NCBI GenBank assembly: GCA_950097265.1
Contig: CATNDJ010000009.1
Span: forward strand, 758-64,757
Source: an uncultured Oscillibacter sp.
Lineage (GTDB): Bacteria; Bacillota; Clostridia; Oscillospirales; Oscillospiraceae
Length of the DNA: 64,000 nucleotides
Reading direction: 5' to 3'
Shown one piece after another: positions 44,862-54,794 of the stretch. The translations under genes were made by a program, and so were the position numbers. The notes beneath the pieces are model-generated. The model saw only the letters and a program-made list of their open reading frames with translations, did no database searches and was not told the origin of the DNA. Position 1 is the first letter of the stretch. Each line of letters opens with the position of its first letter.

Positions 44862-47168
44862 TCAAAGCGTATGCAGGCAGACCCGTTCGTTTTCCGCGGC
44901 GGCGTTGATTCCGATGATGGGTTCCTCGTAGCTGTTGATAATTTTTGTCGCCATGGGATCCTCCAGCTCCTTCTGGATGGTCCGCCGGAGATTCCGGGCC
45001 CCGTAGGTCCGGGAATATGACTTCTTGGTCAGGAAGTCCACCAGGGTGGCGTCGTAGGTGAAGTTAATACCCTTCTCCTTCAAGGAGTCCCGCAGCTCGT
45101 CCAGCATGATGCGGGCGATGGACTGGAAATCCTTCTCGGAAAGGCGGTTGAAGGTAATGACGGCATCCACCCGGTTGATGAACTCCGGCCGGAGGAACTG
45201 CTGGAGGGCCTTCATGGCCTTCTCGCTGTCCTGCTGGCTCAAGCTCCGGTCAAAGCCCACGGTCCCCTCTTTTGTTGCGCTTCCCGCGTTGGAGGTCATG
45301 ACAATGATGGTGTTTTCAAAGTTCACCTTCCGTCCATGGGCGTCGGTAATCTCGCCGTCGTCCAGGATTTGCAGCAGCACATTCAGCACGTCGGGGTGGG
45401 CCTTCTCAATCTCGTCGAAGAGGACCACGGCGTAGGGCTTCCGGCGGATCTTCTCGGTGAGCTGTCCTGCCTCGTCATAGCCCACATAGCCCGGGGGAGA
45501 ACCCACAATGCGGGAGACGGAGTGCTTTTCCATGAACTCCGACATGTCCAGCCGGATTAAGGCGTCGGGGGTGTTGAACAGGTCCGTGGCCAGCTGCTTC
45601 ACCAGCTCCGTCTTCCCAACGCCGGTGGATCCCACAAAGATAAAGCTGACGGGCTTGTGCTTCGGGGAAATGCCCACCCGGTTCCGGCGGACGGCGGCGG
45701 AGACCGCCTCGATGGCCTCGTCCTGGCCGATAATATGTTCCTTCAAGCGCTCCTCCAACCGGCTGAGGCGCTGGAACTCCTGTTCCCGGATGCGGGAAGC
45801 GGGAATCTTGGTCCATAACTCGATGACGTGGGCCAGGTTCTCCATGGTCAGCTGGGGCTGTCCCTTCTCGTCAATGGCGCTGAGCTCTGTGGAAAGCTGG
45901 AGGTCCCGGCTTTTCAGCTCCGCCATGCGGGCGTAGTCCTCCTCGGACTTCTCCTCCTTCTCCTCCAGCATGGTCCGTTCCTTGGCGTAGTCGTCCACCT
46001 CCCTTTGAATCTGCATCCGGCGGGAGATATCCGGATCCTTCAGATTCAGGTCGGAGCTGGCCTCGTCGATAAGGTCGATGGCCTTGTCTGGCAGGAAACG
46101 GTCCGTAATGTAGCGTTCGCTGAGAAGCACCGCCTGGCGGAGGATGCCTTCCGTCAGCTTCACGCCGTGGAACTCCTCATACTTGGGCGCCAGGCCCTTC
46201 AGGATTTTGATGGAATCCTCTACCGACGGTTCGTTCACCGTTACCGGCTGAAAGCGCCGCTCTAAGGCAGAGTCCTTTTCAATGTGCTTGCGGTATTCGT
46301 TAAAGGTGGTCGCCCCGATGACCTGGATTTCCCCACGGCTCAGGGCGGGCTTCAGAATGTTCGCCGCGTTCATGCTGCCCTCGGCGTCTCCCGCTCCCAC
46401 CAGGTTGTGGACCTCGTCAATCATCAATATGATGTTTCCCAGGCGCTTTACCTCGTCAATCAGGCCCTTCATCCGGCTCTCAAACTGGCCCCGGAACTGA
46501 GTGCCGGCTACCAGGGCCGTCAAATCCAGGAGGTAGACTTCCTTTTCCCGGAGCTTGAAGGGCACGTCGCCCTCCGCGATGCGCTGGGACAGACCCTCGG
46601 CAATGGCCGTTTTGCCCACACCGGGCTCCCCGATGAGGCAGGGGTTGTTCTTCTGGCGGCGGTTCAGAATCTGGACCACCCGCTCGATCTCCTCCACCCG
46701 GCCGATAACCGGGTCCAGCTTGCCGTCCTTGGCCTTCTGGGTCAGGGAGATACAGTAATTTTCCAAGTACTTCCGCTTGGCGTTCTTGGGGGAGTCCTTC
46801 TTCTCCCGGCGCTCGGTGCGGCCCTCCTCGGAACCGTCCTTGGAGGAGGATTCCCCGCCGGAGAACAGGCGGTTTAAGAAGGGAAACGTGGCGGTCTTGC
46901 CCTCTTCCTCCTCGTCGCCCTCTTCTCCGCTGGGCAGGTCCTCGATGTTTTCCACCCCGTTCATGGCCTGCATCATTTCGCTGTTCAGGGTTTCCAGGTC
47001 CTCGTCGGAGATGCCCATGCGCTTCATCATGTCGTCCACCTGGGGCAGTCCCAGCTCCTTGGCGCACTTCAGGCACAGGCCCTCGTTGATGGTCTTTTCG
47101 CCGTCCAGTTTGGAAATGAATACCACGGCGACGTTTTTCTTGCATCTGGAACAAAGTGTCGGCTGCAT
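44862..47168 (-). CDS. Two-AAA+ Clp ATPase with an N-terminal Zn finger (ClpE/ClpC-like)
   Basis: CSRC..LCLKC at the N-terminus; [39 protein letters not shown]. Confidence 0.93.
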   Translation of the reverse strand: MQPTLCSRCKKNVAVVFISKLDGEKTINEGLCLKCAKELGLPQVDDMMKRMGISDEDLETLNSEMMQAMNGVENIEDLPSGEEGDEEEEGKTATFPFLNRLFSGGESSSKDGSEEGRTERREKKDSPKNAKRKYLENYCISLTQKAKDGKLDPVIGRVEEIERVVQILNRRQKNNPCLIGEPGVGKTAIAEGLSQRIAEGDVPFKLREKEVYLLDLTALVAGTQFRGQFESRMKGLIDEVKRLGNIILMIDEVHNLVGAGDAEGSMNAANILKPALSRGEIQVIGATTFNEYRKHIEKDSALERRFQPVTVNEPSVEDSIKILKGLAPKYEEFHGVKLTEGILRQAVLLSERYITDRFLPDKAIDLIDEASSDLNLKDPDISRRMQIQREVDDYAKERTMLEEKEEKSEEDYARMAELKSRDLQLSTELSAIDEKGQPQLTMENLAHVIELWTKIPASRIREQEFQRLSRLEERLKEHIIGQDEAIEAVSAAVRRNRVGISPKHKPVSFIFVGSTGVGKTELVKQLATDLFNTPDALIRLDMSEFMEKHSVSRIVGSPPGYVGYDEAGQLTEKIRRKPYAVVLFDEIEKAHPDVLNVLLQILDDGEITDAHGRKVNFENTIIVMTSNAGSATKEGTVGFDRSLSQQDSEKAMKALQQFLRPEFINRVDAVITFNRLSEKDFQSIARIMLDELRDSLKEKGINFTYDATLVDFLTKKSYSRTYGARNLRRTIQKELEDPMATKIINSYEEPIIGINAAAENERVCLHTL

Positions 47169-47253
47169 ACCTCTTAAACCTCCACGCGCCCTCCGGCGCT
47201 GATCATTTGATATCGGGCCTCACGGAGGCCCCCCGGCCAGACCGGGGAAATTC

Positions 47254-47937
47254 TCATACCCCCAGGAATTTCAGGGCGTCCAAGGGCGTATAAGTGGTGA
47301 AAAACCGGAAGATTTGGCTGCCCTCCTGGCCGTCGAAGGAAACGCCCACCAGGCGCAGCGCCCACACCGCCAGAAACAGCAGCAGGGCCCCCTCCGCCAG
47401 ACCGGCCAGCCCACCCCCCAGGGCGTTGAGCCCGTGAAGGCCCGGCAGCCTCAAGAACGCGTCCAGCATCCGAACCAGCAGATGCAGGGCGGCGCTTAGC
47501 AGGACGAAAGAAATCATGTACAGCACGCCGTAGAGCATGGACTGGGCCAGACTCTCCACGACGGCCGCCGCCAGGGACACGCCGGTGTCCCGGACGGCCT
47601 TTTCCGTCCGGTCCGACAAAGCCTCCCGCCGGGCCCGGTCCACCCCCAGCAGGTCCAAAAGCTCCTCCAGGGGCAGACTCTCCCCCGGTGCAGGGTCCGG
47701 GCGCCGCTCCTGAATCGCTTCCTCCAGCCGGATGGCGATCCGCTTCTCTACGGCCGGGGCTATCAGCTTGGCCGCCGGAACCGACAGGGCCGAGGCGATG
47801 ATCCCCGCTCCCGCCAGGGACAGCGCCAGCACCAGCAGTCCCGCCAGGGTCCGCAGCAGTCCTTTCCAGGCCCCCAGAATCCCGAAGCCCGCCAGCACCG
47901 CCACGGCAACAGCATCTATTATAACAGGTGTCGTCAA
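47254..47937 (-). CDS. CvpA-family membrane protein
   Basis: GAWKGLLR, LNALGGGLAGLAEG; TTG start. Confidence 0.8.
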   Translation of the reverse strand: MTTPVIIDAVAVAVLAGFGILGAWKGLLRTLAGLLVLALSLAGAGIIASALSVPAAKLIAPAVEKRIAIRLEEAIQERRPDPAPGESLPLEELLDLLGVDRARREALSDRTEKAVRDTGVSLAAAVVESLAQSMLYGVLYMISFVLLSAALHLLVRMLDAFLRLPGLHGLNALGGGLAGLAEGALLLFLAVWALRLVGVSFDGQEGSQIFRFFTTYTPLDALKFLGV

Positions 47938-47995
47938 ACTTTCCTACCTCTTCCCGTGTAAACGTTTTGTGAACACGCCGCTTATTTTCATACAG

Positions 47996-49156
47996 TCAAG
48001 GCAAAAACAGGCTGGCGGAACCGGCGGACAGCAGCAGCGCCGCCCCGTCGGGCCGCATCAGGACTCCCCGGGCATCTCCCGTCCCCTGAAGCGTGGCGTA
48101 GGGCTGGAGGTCCTGATTATAGACTGCCAGGCGGTCCGCGTAAAGCACAGCCAGATAGCGGCCGGAGGCGGAGACGTCCAGCACCTCCTCCCGGACATCC
48201 AGGGAACCCAGCTCCTCTCCGTCCTTGTCCACGGTGACCAGCCGCCCCACGCTGCCGGAGCGGTAGCGGTTCAGCAGCAGCGCCGTGAAGCCCGTACCCC
48301 CCAGGTCGTACTCCCGGAGGTAGGACCCGGTGTAGGTGTAGGTCCCGGCAATCTCCCCGTTCGCTCCAGCAAAGGTCAGCGCGGTGTCCGAGACTGTCGC
48401 CAGCCGCCCATCCTGCTCTCCAATGGCGGCCACCAGCCCGCCGGATATGCTGTAATCCGCCTCCGGGTCCGTCCCCGGCATCTTGTAAAGCACAATGCTG
48501 CTGACAAAAACGCCGTTTTCCTGTCCCAGGGTCACCGCCGCCAGGGAATCCCCCAAGACATACCCGTCCAGCACAAAGCGCTGAGAGGACTTGAACTCAA
48601 AGGCCGGGTCCGGGTTCAGGGTCCGGTCGTAGACCTTGACGCTGCCCTTGTAGCCCTTCTTCTGGGCCGTCACCGCCAGCTCGCCGTTCCGGTTCAGCGT
48701 GGCGGATATGTAGGGTTCCTCCTCATCGGCGGTGAGCTCCAGGAGAAGGCCCGACTGGTCCAGCACATACAGCGCCGTGCCCCCCACGTCGTAGGCCACG
48801 GCCCGGCCTCCGCCGGAGACCAGGGCCGGGGCCGTCATGGTCACCGGGGCGGACCAGACCTCCTCCCCGGCGCTGTTATAGAGGCTCAGGGATGCGTCCG
48901 ACAGCACCGCCAAACTCTCCCCCAGGAGAGCGAAGCGGTTCTTGGAGGCGGCGTCGTAGTGGTAAACCGTCTCTCCCCCCGCCTGCTCCGAGCGCCCATA
49001 GTGAAGGTAGCGCCGGAGGATGTCGAAGCCGGTGCCGTCCCGGTAGGCCGCGAAGAGCACCACCAGCAGCACCGCCGCCAGCAGCAGCAGAAAACTCAAA
49101 AAGCTGCGGATGGGATGCTTTCCCTCTTTGGACTTGTCCACGCGTTTCTCACTCAT
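47996..49156 (-). CDS. DUF5711-family protein (TM anchor plus beta-propeller-like domain)
   Basis: N-terminal TM, beta-rich repeats; typical neighbour of cvpA. Confidence 0.65.
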   Translation of the reverse strand: MSEKRVDKSKEGKHPIRSFLSFLLLLAAVLLVVLFAAYRDGTGFDILRRYLHYGRSEQAGGETVYHYDAASKNRFALLGESLAVLSDASLSLYNSAGEEVWSAPVTMTAPALVSGGGRAVAYDVGGTALYVLDQSGLLLELTADEEEPYISATLNRNGELAVTAQKKGYKGSVKVYDRTLNPDPAFEFKSSQRFVLDGYVLGDSLAAVTLGQENGVFVSSIVLYKMPGTDPEADYSISGGLVAAIGEQDGRLATVSDTALTFAGANGEIAGTYTYTGSYLREYDLGGTGFTALLLNRYRSGSVGRLVTVDKDGEELGSLDVREEVLDVSASGRYLAVLYADRLAVYNQDLQPYATLQGTGDARGVLMRPDGAALLLSAGSASLFLP

Positions 49157-49904
49157 TCAGCCGTTCATCCTTATACCAGATTCTCGTCAGGTACAGTCCG
49201 CCGGGGGGCATTGTAGGCCCCGCCAGGGTCCGGTCCCCGCTCTCCAAAATGGCGGGGATGTCCTCCGGGGCGAATTTGCCCTCGGCGGCGTAGAGCACGG
49301 TCCCGGTGATGGCCCGGACCATGTTATACAAAAAGCCGTCGGCGCACACCCGGAGCTCCAGCAAATCCCCGTTTCGGGTAACGTCGCACCAGTAGACAGT
49401 CCGCACGGTTGTCTTCGTCTCCGTCCCCACGGAGCGGACGGCCCGGAAATCGTGGGTCCCCACAAACATATGGGCGGCCCGGTTCAAAAAGTCCTCATCC
49501 AGCCGCTTCGGATAAAAATAGGCCCGGTTCACATAGAAGGGATTTTTGAAGCGGGAGTTGTAGATGCGGTAGGTATACTCTTTCTTGATGCAGGAGCCGA
49601 TGGCGTTGAAGTCCTCCGGAACCTCCACCGCCTCCCGGACGGCGATATCCTCCGGGGTGTGGGTGTTGATGGCGTAGGGCATCCGGTCAATGGGGATGCG
49701 GCTTTCCGTGCGGAAGTTGGCTACATACCGCTCCGCGTGGACCCCGGCGTCTGTTCTCCCGCAGCCGGTGAGGTGGACGGGGCCGCCGCAGACTTTGGAA
49801 ATGGCCTTTTGCAGGGTCTCGCAGACGGAGGCGGCGTTTTTCTGCACCTGCCAGCCGTGGTAGGCCGTTCCGTTATAGGTGAGCTTCAGGGCGATGTTAC
49901 GCAT
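49149..49904 (-). CDS. truA: tRNA pseudouridine(38-40) synthase
   Basis: YNGTAYHGWQ, GCGRTDAGVHA, GFLYNMVR, PPGGLYL. Confidence 0.96.
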   Translation of the reverse strand: MRNIALKLTYNGTAYHGWQVQKNAASVCETLQKAISKVCGGPVHLTGCGRTDAGVHAERYVANFRTESRIPIDRMPYAINTHTPEDIAVREAVEVPEDFNAIGSCIKKEYTYRIYNSRFKNPFYVNRAYFYPKRLDEDFLNRAAHMFVGTHDFRAVRSVGTETKTTVRTVYWCDVTRNGDLLELRVCADGFLYNMVRAITGTVLYAAEGKFAPEDIPAILESGDRTLAGPTMPPGGLYLTRIWYKDERLNE

Positions 49905-49921
49905 GTGCCGCCTCCTTTTTG

Positions 49922-50824
49922 TCAGTCCCAGGTGAGCCTGGGCCAGTCCTCCCACTCGGAGTTGACCGGCGCGACGTCCCGCTCGGCAACGGCAACCCAG
50001 TCGTGGAGCAGGAACTCATAACCCAGGCCGTTTTCGTCCCGGCAGAAGAAGGTCAGGGCCATCCGGTCTCCGGGCTCCGCCGCCGCGGACAGCTTGCCGC
50101 AGGAGTATTCGTCCAAGCGGTCTCCCGGCTCCGCCGCCTGCTCCGCCGCGATTTCGCCGTTTCGCCGGAGGCGGAACACCTGGCCCTCTGTCTCCAGAGT
50201 GCGGGCGGCGTAATTTTTCGTATACAGCTCCGCGCCGCATTCATATACGGTAAAGGCGCCTTTCAGATACTCCGCCTGGGTCCGCCCTCCCTGATAAGTA
50301 CACTGGACCGGCAGCAGCTCACCCGTGTCGTACACGCCGCCCAAGTTCTCCCGGCGCTGAGAACCGCCGTCCCCAATCAAGATATCCAAAGCAAATTCCA
50401 GCCGTCCCCTGTCCAAGGGAATCTCCAGCACGCCGGTAAACGTTCCCTTCCCGCCGCCGGAAAGGGGCGCGGAGCCCTCTCCTACCGTGCCGCCGTCCCC
50501 AGTCCACAGAAGCTCGGCGGCGGTGTCCTCCCGCCACTCCTTCAAGGACACGGATGCCTCCACCCGGAGGCTGCGGGAGGCCCGGTCAGGCTCGGCGGAA
50601 ATGATATCCCAATCCTGGACCAGCTTGTCCGCTTCCATCCCTGTCCGCTGGACGGCCTGGACCCGCTCGTCCAGCCGCCGCGTCTCCATTTGCAGATTGC
50701 TTTCCACGCTGCCAAGCTGATTCCGCAGGTCCGAAATTTGGCGGAGCTGCCAGAAATTCAGCCCCAGCAGAACGACGCAGAGAAGCAGCGTAAGGCTCTG
50801 TATCCGGTCTTTCTTTCCGTCCAT
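49922..50824 (-). CDS. Single-TM, coiled-coil hypothetical protein
   Basis: SD AAGGAG, ATG 50824; LTLLLCVVLLGLNFW then a heptad-rich stretch. Confidence 0.7.
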   Translation of the reverse strand: MDGKKDRIQSLTLLLCVVLLGLNFWQLRQISDLRNQLGSVESNLQMETRRLDERVQAVQRTGMEADKLVQDWDIISAEPDRASRSLRVEASVSLKEWREDTAAELLWTGDGGTVGEGSAPLSGGGKGTFTGVLEIPLDRGRLEFALDILIGDGGSQRRENLGGVYDTGELLPVQCTYQGGRTQAEYLKGAFTVYECGAELYTKNYAARTLETEGQVFRLRRNGEIAAEQAAEPGDRLDEYSCGKLSAAAEPGDRMALTFFCRDENGLGYEFLLHDWVAVAERDVAPVNSEWEDWPRLTWD

Positions 50825-50834
50825 ATGCTTCTCC

Positions 50835-51641
50835 TTAGAATCCAAAGGCCCGAAGGGCGATGACTCCCGCCAGGATCAGCACCCCCAGCGTCAGGGCGAT
50901 GTAGTCCCGGCGCTCGTATTTCAGAACGTGGAGCTTCGTCCGCCCCTCCCCGCCGTGGTAGCAGCGGCACTCCATGGCCGTGGCCAGCTCGTCCGCCCGG
51001 CGGAAGGCGCTGATGAACAGCGGCACCAGAATGGGCACCAGGGCCTTGGCCTTCTCCATCAGGTTCCCGCTCTCAAAGTCCGCACCCCGGGCCTTCTGGG
51101 CGGACATAATCTTGTCCGTCTCCTCAATCAGGGTCGGGATGAACCGCAGGGCGATGGACATGATCATAGTCAGCTCGTGGACCGGCACGTGGAAGCGCTT
51201 CAGGCCGTTCAGCAGCCGTTCCAGGCCGTCGGTGAGGCTGATGGGGCTGGTGGTATAGGTCATGAGGAAGGTGCCCATGATGAGGAGCATGATGCGCAGC
51301 ACCATAAAGGCGGCGTTCCGCAGACCCGTGCTGGTGATATGGAGGGGCCCCCAGGCCCAGAGAACCCCCTCGCCGGGGGTGAAGAACAGGTTCAAAAGGC
51401 CGGTGAAGACGATGATGAACAGCACCGGCTTCAGGCCCCGTACCAGGGCCTTCAATCCCACTTTGGAAACGCGGACGCAAGCCGCCAGCACCAGGGCCAT
51501 CAAACCGTAGGCCAGAAAGCTTCCGGCGGTAAACAGGGCCGTGATATACAGCACCACCAGCAGAATCTTCGTCCTGGGGTCCAGCTTGTGGGCCACGGTA
51601 TTTCCTGGGAAATACTGACCCAGGGTGATGTCTTTTAACAT
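50835..51641 (-). CDS. ecfT: ECF transporter T component
   Basis: LDPRTK, IALRFIPTL, AQKARG, AMECRCY. Confidence 0.95.
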   Translation of the reverse strand: MLKDITLGQYFPGNTVAHKLDPRTKILLVVLYITALFTAGSFLAYGLMALVLAACVRVSKVGLKALVRGLKPVLFIIVFTGLLNLFFTPGEGVLWAWGPLHITSTGLRNAAFMVLRIMLLIMGTFLMTYTTSPISLTDGLERLLNGLKRFHVPVHELTMIMSIALRFIPTLIEETDKIMSAQKARGADFESGNLMEKAKALVPILVPLFISAFRRADELATAMECRCYHGGEGRTKLHVLKYERRDYIALTLGVLILAGVIALRAFGF

Positions 51642-52498
51642 GAGGCCCCTCCCCTCTTGAGGGCCAGGAGCTGCTTTTCCAGGGCCTCCACGGTGTAGAC
51701 GGCGGGGTCGACGGGGACTCCCCGGTCCCGGAGGGCCATGGCCACCCGGGTGATTTGAGGCACGTCCAGCCCGGCGGAAAGGAGCTCCTCCGCCCGGGTG
51801 AAGACCTCCGCCGGGGTCCCGCTCATCAGGATATGGGCGGATTTCAGCACCAGAATGCGGTCCACGTTCTGGGCAATTTCATCCATGCTGTGGCTGACTA
51901 AGATAATCGTGGTCCCCTTGTTCCGGTGGTACTCCCGGATGTTTGCCATCAGGTTCTCCCGGCCCGCCGGGTCCAGTCCCGCTGTGGGCTCGTCCAGTAC
52001 CAGCACCTTGGGCTCCATGGCCAGCACTCCCGCCAAGGCCACCCGGCGCTTCTGGCCCCCGGAAAGCTCAAAGGGGGATTTTTCCAGCTGCTCATCCCGG
52101 AGGCCCACCAGGCGGGCCGCCTCCCGGACGGCGTGGTCCAACTCCTCCCCCGTCTTCCCCTGATTCTTGGGGCCGAAGGAAATGTCCTTATACACCGTCT
52201 CCTCGAAAAGCTGGTACTCCGGGTATTGGAACACCAGCCCCACCTGAAAGCGGACGTTCCGTATTTTTTTCGGCTCGGCCCAAATGTCTTTTCCGTCCAG
52301 CAGCACCTGCCCGGAGGTGGGCTTTAAAAGGCCGTTCAAATGCTGAATCAAGGTGGACTTCCCGGACCCGGTGTGGCCGATCACGCCCAGGAACTCCCCC
52401 GGCTCTACGGCGAAGCTGACGTCCTCCACCGCGCTGCGCCGGAAGGGCGTTCCGACGCCGTAGGTGTGGGTCAGGTTTTTGATCTCCAGGATAGACAA
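51635..52498 (-). CDS. ecfA2: ECF transporter ATPase A2
   Basis: GHTGSGKST, FQYPEYQLFEETV, LSGGQKRRVA. Confidence 0.95.
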   Translation of the reverse strand: MSILEIKNLTHTYGVGTPFRRSAVEDVSFAVEPGEFLGVIGHTGSGKSTLIQHLNGLLKPTSGQVLLDGKDIWAEPKKIRNVRFQVGLVFQYPEYQLFEETVYKDISFGPKNQGKTGEELDHAVREAARLVGLRDEQLEKSPFELSGGQKRRVALAGVLAMEPKVLVLDEPTAGLDPAGRENLMANIREYHRNKGTTIILVSHSMDEIAQNVDRILVLKSAHILMSGTPAEVFTRAEELLSAGLDVPQITRVAMALRDRGVPVDPAVYTVEALEKQLLALKRGGASC

Positions 52499-52501
52499 GG
52501 C

Positions 52502-53371
52502 TCAGTTCCCCCTCTGTCCGTGTTGCTTCTTCAAGGTTCCGGCCACGGCGGCGGCGCAGTCCTCCACGCTCAGCGCGTCCAGGGGCACGTCCCAGCCGCC
52601 GCACCGAAGGCGGTCCAGCAGGTCCACGGTGTCCGGCACCGTCAGGCCCAAGTGCCGGAGGCGGGTTACTTGGCTGAACACCTCCTCCGGCGTTCCGTCC
52701 AGGTCCACCCGGCCGTCGTTCATCACGATGACCCGGTCCGCGTCCTCCGCCTCGTTCATATGGTGGGTGATCAAGACCACCGTGATGCCCTTTTCTTTAT
52801 TCAGGCGATGAATGGTGAACAGCACTTCCCGCCGGCCGATGGGGTCCAGCATGGCGGTGGCTTCGTCCAGGACAATACAGGCGGGCTCCATGGCAATGAC
52901 CCCGGCGATGGCGATACGCTGCTTTTGCCCGCCGGAGAGGAGATGGGGCGCATGGGTGACGAACTCATCCATGCCCACGGCCTTCAGGGCCTCGTCCACC
53001 CGCTTCCGTATCTCCTCCGTGGGCACGCCCAGGTTCTCCGGGGCGAAGGCCACATCCTCCTCCACTACATTGGCGACAATCTGGTTGTCCGGATTCTGGA
53101 ACACCATGCCCACCCGCTGGCGGATGGCCAGAAGCAGCTCCTGGTCCAGGGTGTCCATACCCTCCACGTACACCTTCCCCCCGGCGGGGAGCAGGACGGC
53201 GTTGAAGGTCTTGGCCAGGGTGGATTTTCCGGAGCCGTTGTGGCCCAGGATAACCACAAAGCTGCCCTTCTCTATGGTCAGGTCCACGCCCCGAAGGGCA
53301 TACACCGGCTTCTGTCCCTCGTCCGCCGGGTAGGCGAAGCGAAGGCTCTCGGTTTGAATCATGTCAGGCAT
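52502..53371 (-). CDS. ecfA1: ECF transporter ATPase A1
   Basis: GHNGSGKST, FQNPDNQIV, LSGGQKQRIA. Confidence 0.95.
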   Translation of the reverse strand: MPDMIQTESLRFAYPADEGQKPVYALRGVDLTIEKGSFVVILGHNGSGKSTLAKTFNAVLLPAGGKVYVEGMDTLDQELLLAIRQRVGMVFQNPDNQIVANVVEEDVAFAPENLGVPTEEIRKRVDEALKAVGMDEFVTHAPHLLSGGQKQRIAIAGVIAMEPACIVLDEATAMLDPIGRREVLFTIHRLNKEKGITVVLITHHMNEAEDADRVIVMNDGRVDLDGTPEEVFSQVTRLRHLGLTVPDTVDLLDRLRCGGWDVPLDALSVEDCAAAVAGTLKKQHGQRGN

Positions 53372-53386
53372 TGTCTTTCTCGCTTT

Positions 53387-54250
53387 CTATTCGGAAAACC
53401 ACCGGCCCGTGGCCCCGCAGGGCAGGGCTAAACCGGTTTCCGTCACGGGAAGCCCCAGCTCGTCCCAGGCGCACTTCCCGCCGTACTTCTCCTTCACCAA
53501 CAGGTTTAGAAGGTAGCCCAGCACCGACGGTGCCAGCCCGGTGGTGTAGGAGTTGATGAGCACAAACAGGGGCTTGTCCGACAGCACCCCGGCGCAGAGC
53601 TTTACGAAGGGATACAGGTTCTCCTCCAGCTTCCAAACCTCGCCGCCGGGGCCCCGGCCGTAGCTGGGCGGGTCCATGACGATGGCGTCGTAGGTCTTCC
53701 CCCGGCGGATCTCCCGTTCCACAAACTTGGCGCAGTCGTCCACAATCCAGCGGATGGGGGCCTCGGAAAGGGCGGACAGTTTCGCGTTCTCCCGTGCCCA
53801 GGCCACCATGCCCTTGGCGGCGTCCACGTGACAGACGCTGGCCCCGGCCCTGGCGCAGGCCACGGTGGCCCCGCCGGTATAGGCGAAGAGGTTCAGCACC
53901 CGGACGGGCCGCCCGGCGTTTTTGATCTTCTCCGCCATAAAATCCCAGTTCACCGCCTGTTCCGGGAAGAGGCCGGTGTGCTTGAAGTTCATGGGCTTCA
54001 CCTGGAAGGTCAGGTCCCGGTAGCGGATTTTCCAGCTCTCCGGCAGGGCCTTCTTCTCCCAGTGCCCCCCGCCGGTGGAGGAGCGGAGGTAGCGCCCCCC
54101 GGCCTTCCGCCAGGCGGGATGCTCACGGGAAGTTTCCCAAATGGCCTGGGGGTCCGGGCGGACCAGGACCTGACGGTCCCAGCGCTCCAGGCGCTCCCCG
54201 CCGCCGCAGTCCAGCAGCTCATAATCCTCCCATCGGTCCGCAATCCACAT
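53387..54250 (-). CDS. Class I SAM-dependent RNA methyltransferase (RlmI/RlmK-like)
   Basis: FKHTGLFPEQ, VLNLFAYTGGAT, VDAAK, MDPPSYGRG. Confidence 0.88.
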   Translation of the reverse strand: MWIADRWEDYELLDCGGGERLERWDRQVLVRPDPQAIWETSREHPAWRKAGGRYLRSSTGGGHWEKKALPESWKIRYRDLTFQVKPMNFKHTGLFPEQAVNWDFMAEKIKNAGRPVRVLNLFAYTGGATVACARAGASVCHVDAAKGMVAWARENAKLSALSEAPIRWIVDDCAKFVEREIRRGKTYDAIVMDPPSYGRGPGGEVWKLEENLYPFVKLCAGVLSDKPLFVLINSYTTGLAPSVLGYLLNLLVKEKYGGKCAWDELGLPVTETGLALPCGATGRWFSE

Positions 54251-54290
54251 GGCCGGTCCTCCCGTTCTCTATGATATAATAAATCAGGTT

Positions 54291-54320
54291 ATTATACCGC
54301 TCCTATAGGCATTTCGTCAA
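54291..54320 (-). promoter_or_regulatory. sigmaA promoter of the methyltransferase-ecf-truA operon
   Basis: TTGACG-18-TATAAT. Confidence 0.65.
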
Positions 54321-54373
54321 CCTTTCCTTGCCGGATTTAGGAAGAAGCCACAAAAAATTTCCATCTCTCCCTC

Positions 54374-54433
54374 TTGACATAGATAGATTCCCGATATATA
54401 ATGCGGATACTGGTATATCGGCAATCTATCTAT
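54374..54433 (+). promoter_or_regulatory. Consensus sigmaA promoter overlapped by a 20-bp inverted-repeat operator (padR)
   Basis: TTGACA(54374)-17-TATAAT(54397); arms atagatagattcccgatata (54379-98) and tatatcggcaatctatctat (54414-33) match at 19 of 20 positions. Confidence 0.8.
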
Positions 54434-54446
54434 TAGGAGGTGTCCC

Positions 54447-54794
54447 ATGGAACTGGAAAAAAGCCTGGTCAGTGGGAGCATGTCCCTGCTGGTGCTGAAG
54501 CTGCTGGAGGACGGGGACCTGTACGGCTACCAGATGATCGCGGAGCTCCGGCGGCGGAGCGAGGACGCCTTCCGCCTGAAAGCGGGGACCCTCTATCCCC
54601 TGCTCCACAGTCTGGAGGAAAAGGGCCTGGTCACCGCCTATGAGCGGACGGCGGAGTCCGGCAAGGCCCGGCGTTACTACCATCTGACAAAACAGGGGTG
54701 GGACGCCCTGCGGGAGAAGGAGAGCGCCTGGAACGCTTATGCCCGGGCCGTGGGCCGGGTGCTGAAAGGGGGCGCGTGCCTTGCCGGAGCGTAA
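54447..54794 (+). CDS. PadR-family transcriptional regulator
   Basis: LYGYQMI, GTLYPLLHSLE..GLV, RRYYHLT..G. Confidence 0.95.
   Translation: MELEKSLVSGSMSLLVLKLLEDGDLYGYQMIAELRRRSEDAFRLKAGTLYPLLHSLEEKGLVTAYERTAESGKARRYYHLTKQGWDALREKESAWNAYARAVGRVLKGGACLAGA

Noticed and set aside
47957-47970. cre-like site TGTAAACGTTTTGT upstream of cvpA
   Set aside because: Mismatch at a conserved position and no supporting context
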